NCBI GenBank assembly: GCA_000146045.2
Contig: BK006947.3
Location: forward strand, 288,001 to 352,000
DNA from: TPA_inf: Saccharomyces
Lineage: Eukaryota
Length of the DNA: 64,000 nucleotides
Reading direction: 5' to 3'
A model generated the notes under the pieces. That model ran no database searches. It was not told where the DNA came from and worked only from the letters and a program-made list of their open reading frames with translations. Shown piece by piece: positions 55,636 through 64,000 of this stretch; positions within the stretch are counted from its first letter, which is position 1, and each line of letters starts with the position of its first letter. Both the position numbers and the translations under genes were made by a program.

Positions 55636-57276
55636 CTAACAGCATCCTAGCTTACTGAAAAAACCTTTCGATGATTTGTTACTATTTCTATCTTGCGCTG
55701 CGTTTTTAGCGTTTTGTTCGTCGTTCGCCGTTGGTTGCGCATTATATGGATACTTGTTAGTTTGACCATTGGCACCTGTATTGGCAAACTGTTTGGATTT
55801 CTGTTGCATTTGCTTTTGTTGTTGCTGAGCATATTTTTGTTGAGTTTGTTGCTGATATGCTTCATACGAAGTTGGATCAAGCTTCGACGCCTCTCTTTCT
55901 TCGTCATAGTGCGAGTCATCTGGTTGTAATTGATAACGATTGGCCTGTTGCTGGGCCTGGGCTTGTTGCAATTGTTGTTGCTGCACTTTGGCTTGTGCTT
56001 GAGCCTGTGCTTGAGCCTGAGCCTGCTGTTGTTGTTGCTGTTGATTGTAATGATGGTGATGATCGGGTGATGAATATTGATGGTTTTTACTTCTATGCCT
56101 TTTTGATTTTTCATTTGGTGGATTTGGGTGACCATAACCATGTAAGTTCGGCTTTTTGTTTATCGACAAATCCCAACCACGGCCACCATTCAGCTTCATC
56201 CAATCATATTGTCCATCTGCTGTTTCACCTAAATCATCCAACACAGATAAAAGTAACATGCGGTAGCCCTCATAATCAGGAGTTTCCTCAAACGATAAAT
56301 TTCTGACTATTTCCAAATACCTACCAAATTGGATTGGGAGACCCTGAGCTAAATCGTAAACATTTGTTAGTCTTTTCTTTTCGCCAATTTTTTCGTACTT
56401 TTGCTTGTTATTTGGTGCTTTCAAACCTTGCCATGGTAGCTGCCCCCTCAAGAAATAAAAGAAGACATGACCCATAGCTTCCATATCGTCTCTTCTCGAT
56501 TGTTCTCTACCCAAATGTGTATTTATCGACATGTATCTTGCTGTGCCACTTAATGATTTCTTTTCCCTGTACGGAATATGTTGTTTAGTTTTTGGATCAC
56601 GATATTGTTTGGCCATACCAAAGTCAATTAGATGAACTTTGTTAGCATCTGGTTGACCCGGTCTTCCGATCAAAAAATTATCAGGTTTAATATCACGGTA
56701 TATCAAATCATGAGCGTGCAAATCTTCAATTAAAGTTATCATTTGTACTGCGACTTGTACAACAGTTTTTACCGAAAATCTTCTTCCACACCAATCGAAT
56801 AAATCTTCTAAAGAAGGACCAAGCAGATCAATAACCAATATGTTATGTAATCCTTCCTGACCAAAGTAGTATTCTTGTGGTATACCAGGTGTTCCCGCTA
56901 AAATTTTATAGGTCCGATATTCGTCCTTTAGCTGTGGGGCTTCTGTTTTTCTTGGTTCAAACTTGATAGCAACTGGTAATCCATTGATCATGTTTGTACC
57001 TTCAAAAAGTACACCAAATGAACCTTCACCGATTTTCTTACCTATCTTATAGTGCAGCCCGACTATAGTGGAATCGTCGCGTGATTGTGAGCCAGAATAG
57101 GAGGCAGAGCTATTGCCAGTGTTGTGATTTAGGTTAGAGCTAACATGTAAGGATGGGGGTAAAGTACCATTGACCAATCTAACATTGCTACGGTTAGGCA
57201 TTTGTGAGTTCATTGTGTTATTATTGACAGCTAAACCAGAGTTCGTTGCTGTCAAAGGACTTTGCACTTGAGACAT
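55636..57276 (-). CDS. YCK2: Casein kinase I isoform, palmitoylated at the C-terminal Cys-Cys, 546 aa
   Basis: A CK1 catalytic domain (GSFG, DIKPDNFLIG) is followed by a Q-rich tail ending in GCC. The 546-aa length fits YCK2 rather than YCK1. Confidence 0.85.
   Translation of the reverse strand: MSQVQSPLTATNSGLAVNNNTMNSQMPNRSNVRLVNGTLPPSLHVSSNLNHNTGNSSASYSGSQSRDDSTIVGLHYKIGKKIGEGSFGVLFEGTNMINGLPVAIKFEPRKTEAPQLKDEYRTYKILAGTPGIPQEYYFGQEGLHNILVIDLLGPSLEDLFDWCGRRFSVKTVVQVAVQMITLIEDLHAHDLIYRDIKPDNFLIGRPGQPDANKVHLIDFGMAKQYRDPKTKQHIPYREKKSLSGTARYMSINTHLGREQSRRDDMEAMGHVFFYFLRGQLPWQGLKAPNNKQKYEKIGEKKRLTNVYDLAQGLPIQFGRYLEIVRNLSFEETPDYEGYRMLLLSVLDDLGETADGQYDWMKLNGGRGWDLSINKKPNLHGYGHPNPPNEKSKRHRSKNHQYSSPDHHHHYNQQQQQQQAQAQAQAQAQAKVQQQQLQQAQAQQQANRYQLQPDDSHYDEEREASKLDPTSYEAYQQQTQQKYAQQQQKQMQQKSKQFANTGANGQTNKYPYNAQPTANDEQNAKNAAQDRNSNKSSKGFFSKLGCC
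55941..56045 (-). repeat. YCK2: Imperfect GCT/CTG/TTG repeat encoding a Q/A-rich tract (QAQAQAQAQA, QQQQQQ) in the YCK2 C-terminal tail
   Basis: gcttgagcctgtgcttgagcctgagcctgctgttgttgttgctgttg, read on the + strand. Confidence 0.9.
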
Positions 57277-57668
57277 TTTTGGAAAACTATTTTCTTGGCT
57301 TATATGCTGTGTTCAGTAGAAACAACAAGTTTTGTCTATCAAAATGGAGAAAAAAACTTTCTAATATGATCTGCACAGAAACACGAAACACAACCACGTT
57401 CTTAAATCTCGAAAGAGAAAAACAATATCAAACGAAAGAAGTAATTTCCGTAAAGAAACTCTTTTTTTCTGTCTGAAAAAAAAGGTACTTAGGAATATAT
57501 GCGGATTACAAAGGTATACAAAAAAAACTCTATCTCATACACAATAACTTAAACTTGCTTTTTATTATCATGTTCTTTACTTTTCTTTAATTTCCCTCCT
57601 GAAAAAATTAAAAATTTTTCATTACTCATTTTGTGGAGACACCCACAGCCCACACTTTAATGAGTGTT

Positions 57669-58058
57669 CTAACGTTCAAGGTTGATATTATCACCAAATT
57701 TAGCATACAGGATCGCCTTCAGAGCATCAAGACGGGAATCAATGTCTCTTTGCTTGTCCTCTAAAGTCTCTATTTTGTTGTCGAGACGTTCTGCGTCTTT
57801 TTCGAGCTGTGCGGTAACTTTGCTCTGTTTCATGAAGATAAAGAGGTCGCCCACCTTGTATTGCACGGGCTCATCTTCGTCAATCAATTCAATTTCTAGA
57901 GACACATCATCGAGGTACTCCTTCTCCTCCCTCTGTAAACTCAATTCCTGCGCAATGGCGTCCTTACGCATAATCAACTTCGAAAACTCGTTGATCTTTT
58001 GCTGATCTTCGAACGTTACCTGAGTGTTGTTCCTTTGTCCCTGTGGTAACAGTTCCAT
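57669..58058 (-). CDS. GIM3: Prefoldin subunit 4 (beta-type), 129 aa
   Basis: A beta-prefoldin coiled-coil hairpin is present. Length is 129 aa. Confidence 0.8.
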   Translation of the reverse strand: MELLPQGQRNNTQVTFEDQQKINEFSKLIMRKDAIAQELSLQREEKEYLDDVSLEIELIDEDEPVQYKVGDLFIFMKQSKVTAQLEKDAERLDNKIETLEDKQRDIDSRLDALKAILYAKFGDNINLER

Positions 58059-58312
58059 AATGGTCCTCTGTTAGTTTCTTGGCGTTGTGTATTCTGGTAG
58101 TTTCCGCAGGACCAAACAGAGCATAAGTCCTCTAAGTACTTAGCTTCCTGTAAAATTGTATGAAAAGCCGCCTCTGCTGATCATGAATGACGGCCTAGCG
58201 TTCCTCATATGATTTAGATAAAAACATAGAAAGGTATGTTAATAGTACGAGAGAATTCGGAGACCTTAGGTTTCACAACTGGAATTGGGTTAACTCGTTG
58301 AGTCACTGTCGA

Positions 58313-59542
58313 ATGTCCGAAGAAGTATGGAATGGAAACCAAGGAATCCTCTCCGTATATGTGAGCAAAGCTAGAGACTTGCCTAATTTGAATAAACTGG
58401 ACAAGCAAAATGTAATGCTTAGGTTGCGAATAGCTCATATGACAAGAGCCAGCAACACTCTACATCGAGCAGGTCAAAACCCTGTTTTCCATTATTTAGA
58501 AAAATTTGATATTACTCCAGAGATAAAGCCTTTAATGTACGTCGAAGTTTACTGCGATAGAAGGAAAAAATCTCCGCTGCCAATTGGAAGATGTGAAATA
58601 GACCTTTTAAATGCTATTAGAGCAGACCCGAAGGAGGGTTATTGTACCTGGTACGAACTGAAAAGAAGTGGGGATGAATTTGCTGGCACTATATTCATTG
58701 AGTTGACTTTCACTCCCAAAGTACCTCGTTTAAACAGGGACGATCTTAACAAAGAAATGGACAGGTTGGATTCATCTATGGCTATGAGGCCGATACCACC
58801 ATTGCCAACAGAATCAGAGTATGACTATGTTCATGGTTCTACGATGAGACAGATTACTCCCCAGTGTGTTAGCACAAGTCACGAGGATAAGGATGAGGGA
58901 CAGCCCTACAGAAATGGCAATGTTTTCTCCATGTCATCTAAATCAGATACAGCGGTATTGGCAAATAGTAATGACCCAATAATTTTACCTCCAACTTTTT
59001 CAGCATCCATGGGTACAACGTCTACATTAGAAACTAATGATACTGCTATATCAAACACTTCGAATACAAAATTCCATTTTGCCAATTTAAGGAAATTAAA
59101 GGAGAAGATAAATATATTTAAGAATCCTGATAGTTCAACAAACAACTGCCAAAATGAATCTAACAAGGTAGATATTGAGGCACTTCAAAAGGCTATTGGT
59201 GTAACTTCGTTGTCTTACGACGAAGATGATGACGATGACGACGAAAATGACGCATTTTATTCTTCCAGCCATAGAGTCTCCCACAACTATAACCAACCGC
59301 CCTTACCTCCTATACCGACCAGAGATGATATGTCCAATTATTCAAGTTCGCGCAATACGCCGTTAGTAAGAAGAGATAGACCCTCACGCCTAGATTCCTC
59401 TTCGCCTAACTCACATCCTCATCCATCAGGCCTGAATTCTCCAAAACTACCACCTCTACCGACTACTTCGAATTCCAATTTTAATTCGAGGAAGAATTCG
59501 ATGTCTCCTACAAGAAAAAGACCACCTCCAAGGCTCAGCTAA
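58313..59542 (+). CDS. INN1: Cytokinesis protein with N-terminal C2 domain and C-terminal PxxP motifs, 409 aa
   Basis: The start is the second Met (MSEEVWNGNQGILSVYV...). A C2-like beta region is followed by proline-rich PPLPP motifs at the C-terminus. Confidence 0.75.
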   Translation: MSEEVWNGNQGILSVYVSKARDLPNLNKLDKQNVMLRLRIAHMTRASNTLHRAGQNPVFHYLEKFDITPEIKPLMYVEVYCDRRKKSPLPIGRCEIDLLNAIRADPKEGYCTWYELKRSGDEFAGTIFIELTFTPKVPRLNRDDLNKEMDRLDSSMAMRPIPPLPTESEYDYVHGSTMRQITPQCVSTSHEDKDEGQPYRNGNVFSMSSKSDTAVLANSNDPIILPPTFSASMGTTSTLETNDTAISNTSNTKFHFANLRKLKEKINIFKNPDSSTNNCQNESNKVDIEALQKAIGVTSLSYDEDDDDDDENDAFYSSSHRVSHNYNQPPLPPIPTRDDMSNYSSSRNTPLVRRDRPSRLDSSSPNSHPHPSGLNSPKLPPLPTTSNSNFNSRKNSMSPTRKRPPPRLS

Positions 59543-59765
59543 TGACAAGAGAAACATGCTGTTATTGTAATACTAATATTTAAATAGAATTAAGATTTTT
59601 AATGTTTACCAAGATTTTTTCTTTTTTAAATTTTATTATTTCAATATGTATACATAAATCTGTTGCGCCCTCACCGCCGATCTAAACCATAAAGAAAAAT
59701 GCTAATTGTACAAATTCTGCTTTGAAGAATATCCAAAAATATGGTAAAGCGGTATAAATTTTCAA

Positions 59766-60521
59766 CTAAAAGGCGGCCTCTTCATTTGGATCCTCTTCAT
59801 CACCGTAATCATCATCGTCACCATTGTTGAAATACTTTTCAGCATTATAATCATCATCATCTTCTTCGTCTTCATCTTCTTCGAAATCATCATCCGCCAA
59901 ATCATCATCTTCTCCTTCGCCTGTTTTACTTCCTTTTGCTGCCCCATCACCCGTCGACGCATCATCCACATCTTCTGCCAACTCCTTTAACTTTGCCAGC
60001 ATGGATAGTCCGATGTTTTCATCTTGTAAACCTGTACCAGTAAAAACATCATCGGCATTATTAAACTTGGAGATTGCCAATAATTTTTTCTTGTTGATCC
60101 CCATTACATTGTACAATTCATTGGGAAAGAGGTTCAAATTATACGGATGATCATCAATAGAAATACCTATTTTCCTTTTTTTCAAATATTTATCGGAATA
60201 TCTTTCAATGCCATCATTAGTATCGTCTTCGTCTAGGATTATGTTGGGTTTGCGTTTACCGCTCTTGCTGTTTTCCTGTTGATCTATTATCAAGCTCATT
60301 GATCCGGTATAAAATGGGCCATCTTTAACAGTCTTTCCAAAATTGATGTACTTTACTGCTAAAGATCTTTCCTTATTTGTTATAGGACCATTGATGGGCA
60401 ATGGGATGGATGGAAATTCCGTAATATGATTTTTGCCTACATCTCCATAACCTAATCCGAAGGGTAGATTGCTCATATAGTTGCTCCCGCCACCTCTACT
60501 GCCGCCCCTATAAGAACTCAT
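59766..60521 (-). CDS. RPC31: RNA polymerase III subunit C31 with acidic C-terminal tail, 251 aa
   Basis: The C-terminal D/E run is EGEDDDLADDDFEEDEDEEDDDDY. Length is 251 aa, and the promoter carries a PAC element. Confidence 0.8.
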   Translation of the reverse strand: MSSYRGGSRGGGSNYMSNLPFGLGYGDVGKNHITEFPSIPLPINGPITNKERSLAVKYINFGKTVKDGPFYTGSMSLIIDQQENSKSGKRKPNIILDEDDTNDGIERYSDKYLKKRKIGISIDDHPYNLNLFPNELYNVMGINKKKLLAISKFNNADDVFTGTGLQDENIGLSMLAKLKELAEDVDDASTGDGAAKGSKTGEGEDDDLADDDFEEDEDEEDDDDYNAEKYFNNGDDDDYGDEEDPNEEAAF

Positions 60522-60596
60522 GTTTGTTCGGGGTATATATGCTCGGTACTATCAAGTTACAATATCTTTCTGTCGTGTTGTTTTCTATAGGTTGCT

Positions 60597-60604
60597 GCGA
60601 TGAG
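60597..60604. promoter_or_regulatory. RPC31: PAC element (GCGATGAG) about 76 bp upstream of RPC31
   Basis: Exact octamer. Pol III subunit genes belong to the ribosome-biogenesis regulon. Confidence 0.6.
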
Positions 60605-61366
60605 GAAACTATTTTCTTCTTTGAGATTTTTTCAAATTTCTCTTCATTTTTCATGCGGCCGCACAAGAGTTGAAACCACTGACGAAAGCAATTTCAGTTC
60701 ATTGAGTTACACCTAGCGAGGCACTTCTTTGTGGAATGGTAGCCATTGTATTGAGATTTTTCTTGTCGACCATCAGCCTTTTTCTTCATAAGAGAAAAGA
60801 AGATCTCGTTCATGACTGCTAATTACTTTGAACGATCACCTCTGCAATGTGACATTTGTTCGAAAGCCGCCCATTAGTATTGAAAATAATTTATATTTTC
60901 AATTGGCTAGACTACGAAATTTGGACAAGCCATTGCTGCGTAATCCTTTCTCTTCTACGTCACAGTACATCTCTTTAAACCTTTTCGTTTCTCGGCTGTT
61001 TAAGGAAAGTATCGTCTTGCCGTATCTACATAAATCAATTCTTACCCATTTTCTTTTGCATTCTAGCCGTTAATTCACGGCTTAGTCGTTTGATATCGTG
61101 TTTGAATTGTGAATTGCATCATTCATGCGGAATGGGAATCATCGCAGTCGTTATCCGTCTCACAAACGTCGGCATTTGCTGACTATTAAGGCGACACGTA
61201 ACCTACAAACTCAATTTGAGACGCAAACGCAAGTTGATTAGACGTTGAGAATGATGCAAGTAGCAACATCGGTAATGGTTAGACTATTTTATCAGAAAAC
61301 TATAGAAAAACTAAAAACAAAACAATGTCACAATGACAAAGAGGAACCCATACATACACAGAGAGC

Positions 61367-61756
61367 CTATTCTTCCAGTAGTTCCTCAATATCAGCATCA
61401 CTATCTGGGTCCAACCCTTGGTTTCTTCTCTTAGCCTCTTCCAAAGCGTTTTCAAACAACTCCTGTTGTCTTTTAACTCTTCTTCTAGTTTTCTTACCCC
61501 AACCGAAAGAAGTTGTTTCTGCTGTTGCAGCATCATCTGGCTTGTCGATCAGGTCTTTTGATCTCTTTTCCTCTTTGTCTCGTTTGTCCTTTTCCACTTG
61601 GGCAGCCAACTGCTTCTTCGCCAATTCCCTGGATGCGATATTTCTTAAGAGTAAATAACCACCTACAATTATCACCAATCTTATAAAGTGCTTGTAGTCA
61701 TAGTTGACTAGTTTTGCCATCCAGGTATCCACCCATGTTTCCGCTACTTCAGACAT
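61367..61756 (-). CDS. PGA2: ER/nuclear-envelope membrane protein involved in protein trafficking, 129 aa
   Basis: The start is taken at MSEVAETW, giving 129 aa. A transmembrane segment is followed by a charged coiled-coil tail. Confidence 0.6.
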   Translation of the reverse strand: MSEVAETWVDTWMAKLVNYDYKHFIRLVIIVGGYLLLRNIASRELAKKQLAAQVEKDKRDKEEKRSKDLIDKPDDAATAETTSFGWGKKTRRRVKRQQELFENALEEAKRRNQGLDPDSDADIEELLEE

Positions 61757-61906
61757 CTCTTTCAATTACTCGGCAGTTTTTCTCTTCATAACATCTTTTC
61801 CTCATACAAACCGCCGAGTGCACATAAATACAACTACAAATAATAATATGTTGACATCGGATGGAGATCACTAACTAAACCGCCACCGCGCTAATTCTGC
61901 ACAAAT

Positions 61907-62671
61907 TCAAATTTCATCATCGCTCTCCACGTCATCATGGACGTCTTCCACCTCGGCGGATTCTTCGTCTTTTGATAGAATTTCCACAGCCCGCGGACGC
62001 ACAAACGATCCGTGACCCGGCGCCACAGGCCCAAACAGTGTTACCCCATTTATGCGCCCATCGTTTTTGCCTGCGGCTTCCGGGAATTCCACACCGCACC
62101 ATGTGCCCATCACGTCCAACGGTAGTGGTCCTACGTACCGTAAAATGGCCTCACGTGGAGCGCTCCCGTCTACTGTGACACGACAGTGGCGGCCGATAGC
62201 CGCCGTTAATTGCTCTCGGGCATATGCTTCGTCCTGCTTTGCCAGCGCAGCGCGCTGGCTCTGCTGTGCAGCATTAAACCTACCATAGCCGTGAGCCATC
62301 TTCCATCGTAATACGGATTGATCCCTTCGCAAATAATCCTCCTCGCTAATTACTTCCATTGAGGGGATTCCTTCCGCTTGCGTGGCCAGCTGGTTAGAGA
62401 TTGATTGGGCATTAGAGTCTGTAACAACCACAATAAGCTCCTCCTCTCCTTTTAGGAAGTTGGCATCTTCATCCTCATTTGAATAGGCACCCCCCTTTTT
62501 AGTACTATATATCTCCTTGTTGTCGTACTGTCTTTTCACAACTATTTCCATATCCTCTGGTTCCACTCCGGTAACATGGTACAATCGGTCCTTGAACTGC
62601 CTTAATTTAAGCGAATTTGGTAATTCCTTTTCTGTACGGACCAATTCACTCTCTATGACAACTCTAACCAT
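61907..62671 (-). CDS. ALF1: Tubulin-folding cofactor B with CAP-Gly domain, 254 aa
   Basis: An N-terminal ubiquitin-like domain is followed by the C-terminal CAP-Gly motif GKNDGRINGVTLFG. Length is 254 aa. Confidence 0.85.
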   Translation of the reverse strand: MVRVVIESELVRTEKELPNSLKLRQFKDRLYHVTGVEPEDMEIVVKRQYDNKEIYSTKKGGAYSNEDEDANFLKGEEELIVVVTDSNAQSISNQLATQAEGIPSMEVISEEDYLRRDQSVLRWKMAHGYGRFNAAQQSQRAALAKQDEAYAREQLTAAIGRHCRVTVDGSAPREAILRYVGPLPLDVMGTWCGVEFPEAAGKNDGRINGVTLFGPVAPGHGSFVRPRAVEILSKDEESAEVEDVHDDVESDDEI

Positions 62672-62939
62672 AGTTTTGCCATGTAATTTTTTTTTCTATC
62701 TCTTTATTTGAATTCGTTGCTCTATGTTCTTGTCGCTTGTCTTCTTCAACTGCCGTTTCCCTGCGAGCCGGAAAAAAGTACTGTTCTTTCGAACAAAGGC
62801 GAAAAAAGCTGTAGCTGAAAACAGACAACTGGGAAACGACAATTAAGAATACGCATGTACGTGTATACTACTACAGTAAAAAAGAAAGTTATTTGAGAGC
62901 AGCACTTTGTTTACTACACAGAACATTAACCAAAAAAAC

Positions 62940-63383
62940 ATGCATCAGCAACACTCCGTATGTTTCACTTCTTATTTTCTTCCGTGGCAATAACCTTCCT
63001 TTTGACTTATTTATACTAACATTATAATAACTATGTTTCCTTTTTGAACTAAGAAATCAGAGAACAAACCACAACAGCAAAGGAAAAAATTCGAAGGCCC
63101 TAAAAGAGAAGCTATTCTGGATTTAGCGAAGTATAAAGATTCTAAAATTCGCGTCAAATTAATGGGTGGTAAATTAGTTATAGGTGTCCTAAAAGGCTAT
63201 GATCAACTGATGAACTTGGTACTTGATGATACAGTAGAATATATGTCTAATCCTGATGATGAAAACAACACTGAACTGATTTCTAAAAACGCAAGAAAGC
63301 TAGGTTTGACCGTCATAAGAGGTACTATTTTGGTCTCTTTAAGTTCCGCCGAAGGTTCTGATGTACTATATATGCAAAAATAG
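62940..63383 (+). CDS. LSM7: Sm-like protein Lsm7, spliced: exon 1 = 62940..62957 (MHQQHS), exon 2 = 63054..63383; about 115 aa
   Basis: ATG CAT CAG CAA CAC TCC is followed by GTATGT at 62958. The branchpoint TACTAAC is at 63014-63020. Exon 2 is in frame only if splicing occurs after AAG at 63051-63053. The Sm fold GKLVIGVLKGYDQLMNLVLDD is present. Confidence 0.75.
62958..63053 (+). other. LSM7: Spliceosomal intron of LSM7 (96 nt) with an apparent AAG 3' splice site
   Basis: GTATGT and TACTAAC are present. No YAG lies between the branchpoint and the in-frame exon 2 start, and the first downstream CAG at 63058-63060 would frameshift. Confidence 0.6.
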
Positions 63384-63714
63384 GTTTAATAATATAATCT
63401 CATATAAACTCCCTTCCTTACAGTTGAAAACAAAATCAAATCACGGTATGGCATTTCTTTACATATTCTCAATACCTGACTGACATAGTATGCGCTACAT
63501 AGTTTTGTCCTATTTTTTTTACACCGCGATTTGAAGTCTAAAGCCAGAGAATGAGGAAAAACGAAACAAACTGAGATCATTTGTATAAGGGGAGTCACTG
63601 TACAGCTGCCAATACCAATTTTCCTTCTGCCAAATCAAAAAAGTATCCGCATACACATACACCCCTCCCTCTACAATCTTAATTATTTACTGATTCCTTT
63701 CGTATTTGTCCAGT

Positions 63715-64000
63715 ATGAGCAATACTAAGCATACCACTTCTCATCACATGGAACTCAAAAGGATCATTATCCTTACACTTTTATTCATACTCATAATGTT
63801 GATATTTCGAAACTCAGTGTCCTTCAAAATGACATTTCAAGAACTACTGCCACGATTTTACAAAAAGAATTCAAACTCAGTTAGTAATAATAACAGGCCC
63901 TCATCTATTTTCTCGGAAAACTTGGTGGATTTTGATGATGTTAACATGGTCGATAAGACCAGACTGTTTATTTTTTTATTTTTCAGTTTCATCATTACTA
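63715..64000 (+). CDS. 5' portion of a small hydrophobic protein of unknown function (probably YNL146W, about 100 aa), truncated by the window end
   Basis: An ATG at 63715 opens a frame encoding MSNTKHTTSHHMELKRIIILTLLFILIMLIF... with two hydrophobic segments. The frame is still open at 64000. Confidence 0.45.
   Translation, partial: MSNTKHTTSHHMELKRIIILTLLFILIMLIFRNSVSFKMTFQELLPRFYKKNSNSVSNNNRPSSIFSENLVDFDDVNMVDKTRLFIFLFFSFIIT

Noticed and set aside
58288-58294. Gcn4-type TGAGTCA immediately upstream of the INN1 ATG
   Set aside because: It sits only about 20 bp before the start codon, effectively in the 5' UTR, as a single unsupported occurrence. Not reported as a regulatory site.
61245-61658. 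137-aa ORF on the + strand overlapping PGA2 antisense
   Set aside because: It is an antisense overlap of PGA2, low complexity, with no supporting features.

Overview
This window looks like a contiguous stretch of the left arm of Saccharomyces cerevisiae chromosome XIV, roughly the YNL187W to YNL146W interval. I base that on gene order and on ORF lengths matching my recall of the reference proteome exactly (for example UBP10 792 aa, NPR1 790 aa, APC1 1748 aa, RIA1 1110 aa, CBK1 756 aa). It is an ordinary, gene-dense euchromatic region with about 38 protein-coding genes on both strands and two spliceosomal introns (RPL42A and LSM7). I found no tRNA, rRNA, Ty element or LTR, CRISPR array or sign of foreign or synthetic DNA. 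I do not see a novel biological system here. The second-look items are regulatory and structural: ribosome-biogenesis motifs (PAC/RRPE) in four promoters, Puf3 sites in the 3' UTRs of mitochondrial-ribosome genes, an Rpn4-type PACE site before CUZ1, a UASINO-like site before PSD1, and stress-response (STRE) sites plus an exactly 200-bp-spaced 10-mer pair in the long YGP1 promoter. The remaining items are an in-frame minisatellite in UBP10, polyQ CAA/CAG tracts in CBK1 and YCK2, an apparent non-canonical AAG 3' splice site in LSM7, a GC-rich island upstream of RPL42A, a candidate ARS consensus in the SKO1-BNI5 spacer, and a perfect bZIP-type palindrome in the RHO5 promoter. Gene symbols come from remembered synteny and protein lengths plus motifs visible in the translations. 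I could not run any search, so symbols carry that uncertainty.
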